Assembly (NCBI RefSeq): GCF_001194135.2
Contig: NC_068981.1
Span: forward strand, 100,307,277 to 100,345,043
DNA: 37,767 bases
From: Octopus bimaculoides
Taxonomy: Eukaryota
Direction of reading: 5' to 3'
Below the pieces are notes generated by a model. It saw only the letters and a program-made list of their open reading frames with translations. It ran no database searches and was not told the origin of the DNA. The translations under genes were made by a program, and so were the position numbers. Positions 34,181 to 37,767 of this stretch are shown here, in pieces (position 1 is the first letter of the stretch; each line of letters begins with the position of its first letter).

Positions 34181-34530
34181 CAAGGGTGGTTCTGTGATTA
34201 AAAAGCTTGCTTCCCAACCATGTTGTCTCAGGTTCAATCCTACTGCATAGTACCTTGAGCAATTATGTCCAAGTCACAGTATATAGTATTTATAATGCAA
34301 GCCACATAAAAAGAGCCCATGCCAATGCCATATAAAAACGCCCATGTCAGTGTTGCATAAAAACACCCAGTACACCCTGTAAAATGGTTGATGTTAGGAA
34401 GGGCATCCAACCATAGTAACTATGCTAAGACAGACATTGGAGCCTGAGCAGCACTTCAGCTGGCCAGCTCTGGTCAAACAGTTCAAGCCATGCCAGCATG
34501 GAAAACAGACATTAAATGAAAATGATAAGG
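34181..34530 (+). mobile_element. tRNA-derived SINE, degenerate
   Basis: Head AGCTTGCTTCCCAACCATG...CAGGTTCAATCCTACTGCATAGTACCTTGAGCAA; body GGTTGATGTTAGGAAGGGCATCCAACC...CCATGCCAGCATGGAAAACAGACATTAAATGA. Confidence 0.7.
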
Positions 34531-35433
34531 TTGATGATTGGCATGGTATGGATTGACAACTGTATTGCTGTCACTTAACACTAAGTCACTAGTAACCCTG
34601 TAAGTCTATGATCAAAGATATTTCAGTCACGATCATTTCATCTTTTTTCCATGCACAATGCACTCTAAACACTATAGTATCTTACATGTCTGTGTTTTCA
34701 ACAATGGTAAAGAGGAAATTGAGGGGTATTTGAGTGATACTTTTAGTTGACCAATCAATGATACAGAGGCTGTCTATTGCTGAAATATTCAAGGTAAATA
34801 TTGTAGATATAGGCTACTAAATACTAGTGGTTGTACATGTTTATAAAGCTCAGTTTAACTGGCAACTTTTTGAGTAGAATCAAGAATACTACAGTAGGTT
34901 GCTGTTGTTGTTGTTACTAGGTTATGTCTAAGGTGAGAAGATGTCATACTATAGTATGACATGTATTCCTTTGGCAAGACCAGGAAATATATAGAGAAAT
35001 AAAATAGCTTTAACTGAGAATTAAAGTCTTAACTCACAAGTGACTTATGCCTTATGCTACAATATTTGCCGTAACAATAGTAGAAAACAGTGGCAACAAT
35101 ATTCTCTTCAAAGAATGTTAAGAATTTGACAATGTAGACATGAAATGGCTTAATGGATAAGATATTAAACTGACTCTCGAAAACTATTTCATATCTGCTG
35201 CATGCATTTTGTTGCCACTTAATTCTACATGCCCCAGCTCATCTAAACTGCCAGCTTTCAGAAAGGTTGTCAACAACAAACCAGATCCTTCTATGTTTCT
35301 CCTCTTCTAAATAAGGCAGAATCTAGAAAAGAGAACTTGTCCTATAAGTTTACATTGGTTGTTGAAAGGATTTAGTCATCAATTAATCATGACTACAGTG
35401 GTTTTTATGAATGGAAAGGAAACTAACTTTCAT

Positions 35434-35630
35434 AATGCAATGTTTGTGCTGTTGAGAATATGTCATGACCATAAATTAATTGTGCAATCAACACAGTACT
35501 TTGGTGTAACATTTTAAGTTGATGTCACCTTCACTGTTTCTTCTGTTGGCTCTGTCAAAATCAATATATTTGGTAAAAGAAGGAAAAGGACATGCAGGAA
35601 CAAAGGAAGTGTTTAGTACTACCAAATTTC
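35434..35630 (+). repeat. Dispersed repeat, direct copy of ~31103-31290
   Basis: See 31103-31290. Confidence 0.65.
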
Positions 35631-36826
35631 AAAGTGTTCAATGACATACTTGAGGTGAAGAGTCTGTGATTTGCTGCAAGTATTTAATTAGTTACCTTTG
35701 TGATGTATTTCTGTTCAACCAAGATTGTACAATTACTTCTCAACAACAACAACAACAACAACATCTGGTTTGACTCCTCTTCAGAAAGTTGCTTGTTATC
35801 TCTTAATTAATTGCATGACTAATTGGTTTTACATTGTTTACAGTCTGCAAATCCCAAACTGTTGTTCTTTAAAAACAACAAGACAATTATTTATTTGATG
35901 GTAATTTCTATCTGAAAGAATATTTTAAAGAAGTTAAACTTTTACAAGGCCGCTGTAACTGAAAAGCCAATCACACTAAGTATGACTCTGCTAAAATTGG
36001 CAAAAATTCCTTGGGGCATAGTGAATACTTTCTCAAGAATCAAAAAGAAAAGCCAATAAAATGAAATATCTTGCAATAGAATAAAGATATATTCAAATAT
36101 TTTGAAGATATATTCAGAATTAATACCTGTGGATAACTTCAGTATATTTACATTAATCAAATTATAGTCCTGTGAATGTAAAATGTAATTACAAAAAGAA
36201 GAAAAAATTTGGATTTCAATTTCAGGTAAATGAAACAGAGAACAATCATATTTAGTCCAAGAAAAATTTCATAGCTAATTGAATGTAGAAGTGTGCATAC
36301 AATAACACTAACACAGTTGAAGTATCAAATAATGTTTCTCTCTCAATGATAAGAGTGAGGAGTAATGTGATATTTAAGATCTACAGAGGTTGGAAAATAT
36401 TTAGAACACTTTCTAATTTTATTGATTAAATGGTTTTTCTCTATGTACACAATGCATGCTATGTTCAGTAGTTACATTGTAAGATCTACACAGTATTGAA
36501 GCATAAACAGGAAAGATTGATGACCTGCAACTGTTAAAAAGGAATAAGACTTGTAATGGTAAATCTATAATAAAAAAAAAATAAGTGGCAATGTCTTGCA
36601 AAAGGCATTACTGCTGGCAATAGCCAATCTGCTTAATTCATATGAGTAGTTGTAGGTTGCTGTGAATTGTTTATTAGAAATGCATATCCCCAGAAATACA
36701 CGATGTTTCTGTGATTATATAAGCATTTGATAGCTACAACTGGATATTTAAACTGGTGACCATCATAAACAGTATATTTCAGATTCTATAGATTATACAC
36801 ATTTTAATGTTCTTTTCTTTTTCTCA

Positions 36827-37001
36827 GTGTGTGTGTGTGTGTGTGTGTGCAAATCTATATATGTATATGTATATACATAAATACATACATACATACATAC
36901 ATACATATAAATATATGCATATATAAACATACACATACATATATATGCATGTATATAAGCATATATATATAAATGTATATACATATATATGTATGTATAT
37001 A

Positions 37002-37083
<82 letters not shown>

Positions 37084-37110
37084 TGTATATATATATATAT
37101 ATATATATAT
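36827..37110. repeat. Compound (TG)n/(TACA)n/(TA)n/(GA)n microsatellite block
   Basis: Direct reading; source of the YIYI/ERER ORFs. Confidence 0.95.
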
Positions 37111-37203
37111 CATTTGAAGAGGCTTAAATTATGTAATCATTATCAATATGATGGACAATGTATGTGCATTGTTAAACACAGTGAAGCTCAGGCACATCAT
37201 CCA

Positions 37204-37658
37204 GAGTAGACCCTTCTTTGAAGACGTATTGTGTTTAAAAACGCAGTATATCTCAAAGCTAGGAGAAACAAAATTGTCCCAGAATTGAAAGAGAGTAACA
37301 GATATTGATATTTCACAGTCATTTCCACTCTTCAGGGCCACACACTCATCCATCACCAAAACAACATGCTTCAGACAGCTTAAGGTATGTATATAAATAG
37401 TGTAAAAGTTATTTGCTGATGTGCAAATATGTTACACAAGGAAAACAAAATTAGAATTTTTGTTTCAAGGAGCTTACATACTTCTGGCCAGCCAAAGCAA
37501 GTCATTTCAGTGGTGGATGAATGTGTGGAACTGAGGAGCAGAAATAACACAAAATATTGATATCTGTTACTCCCTTTCACTTCTAGGGCAATTCATTTCA
37601 CCTAGCTTTGAGATATGTTGTGCTTTTAAACATAATCTGTCTTTAAAGGGATCTACTC
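37204..37658. mobile_element. MITE-like element with long (~165-bp) diverged terminal inverted repeats
   Basis: Left GAGTAGACCC...ATATCTCAAAGCTAGG.GAAA...GAGTAACAGATAT pairs with right ATATCTGTTACTC...TTTCACCTAGCTTTGAGATAT...GGGATCTACTC; TSD not identified. Confidence 0.7.
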
Positions 37659-37722
37659 AAGATAAATACTGCAGCTTCAAAGTATTTAACACTGCACATA
37701 CATTAAGTATGTCATATTGATA

Positions 37723-37730
<8 letters not shown>

Positions 37731-37767
<37 letters not shown>
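37731..37767. repeat. (TA)n microsatellite
   Basis: Direct reading; runs to the window edge. Confidence 0.95.

Overview
Eukaryotic, AT-rich, microsatellite-dense DNA with two assembly gaps (2326-2726, 27654-27980). The tRNA-derived SINEs and TTAA-ended MITEs resemble the repeats of octopus (coleoid cephalopod) genomes; this is my recognition, not a database result. There is no complete protein-coding gene, rRNA, bona fide tRNA gene or CRISPR array, and almost all listed ORFs are microsatellite or low-complexity artefacts. The only protein homology I can support is in dead transposons: a Helitron RepHel gene with two large internal deletions (262-1849, minus), the 3' end of an RTE-type LINE (17942-18285, minus) and a DD37D maT (Tc1/mariner) transposase remnant (18725-19284, plus). 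The rest is a mosaic of SINEs, hAT/Tigger/piggyBac-like MITEs, non-autonomous Helitrons (one complete, 23103-23798) and several long fold-back hairpins. The most intriguing non-repeat signals are a textbook recursive-splice (ratchet point) motif on the minus strand at 9042-9085 and a minus-strand exon candidate with tandem duplicated donors at 15911-15970. Together they suggest, unproven, that the window lies inside long introns of a minus-strand gene. I do not see convincing evidence of a new biological system; the findings are leads.
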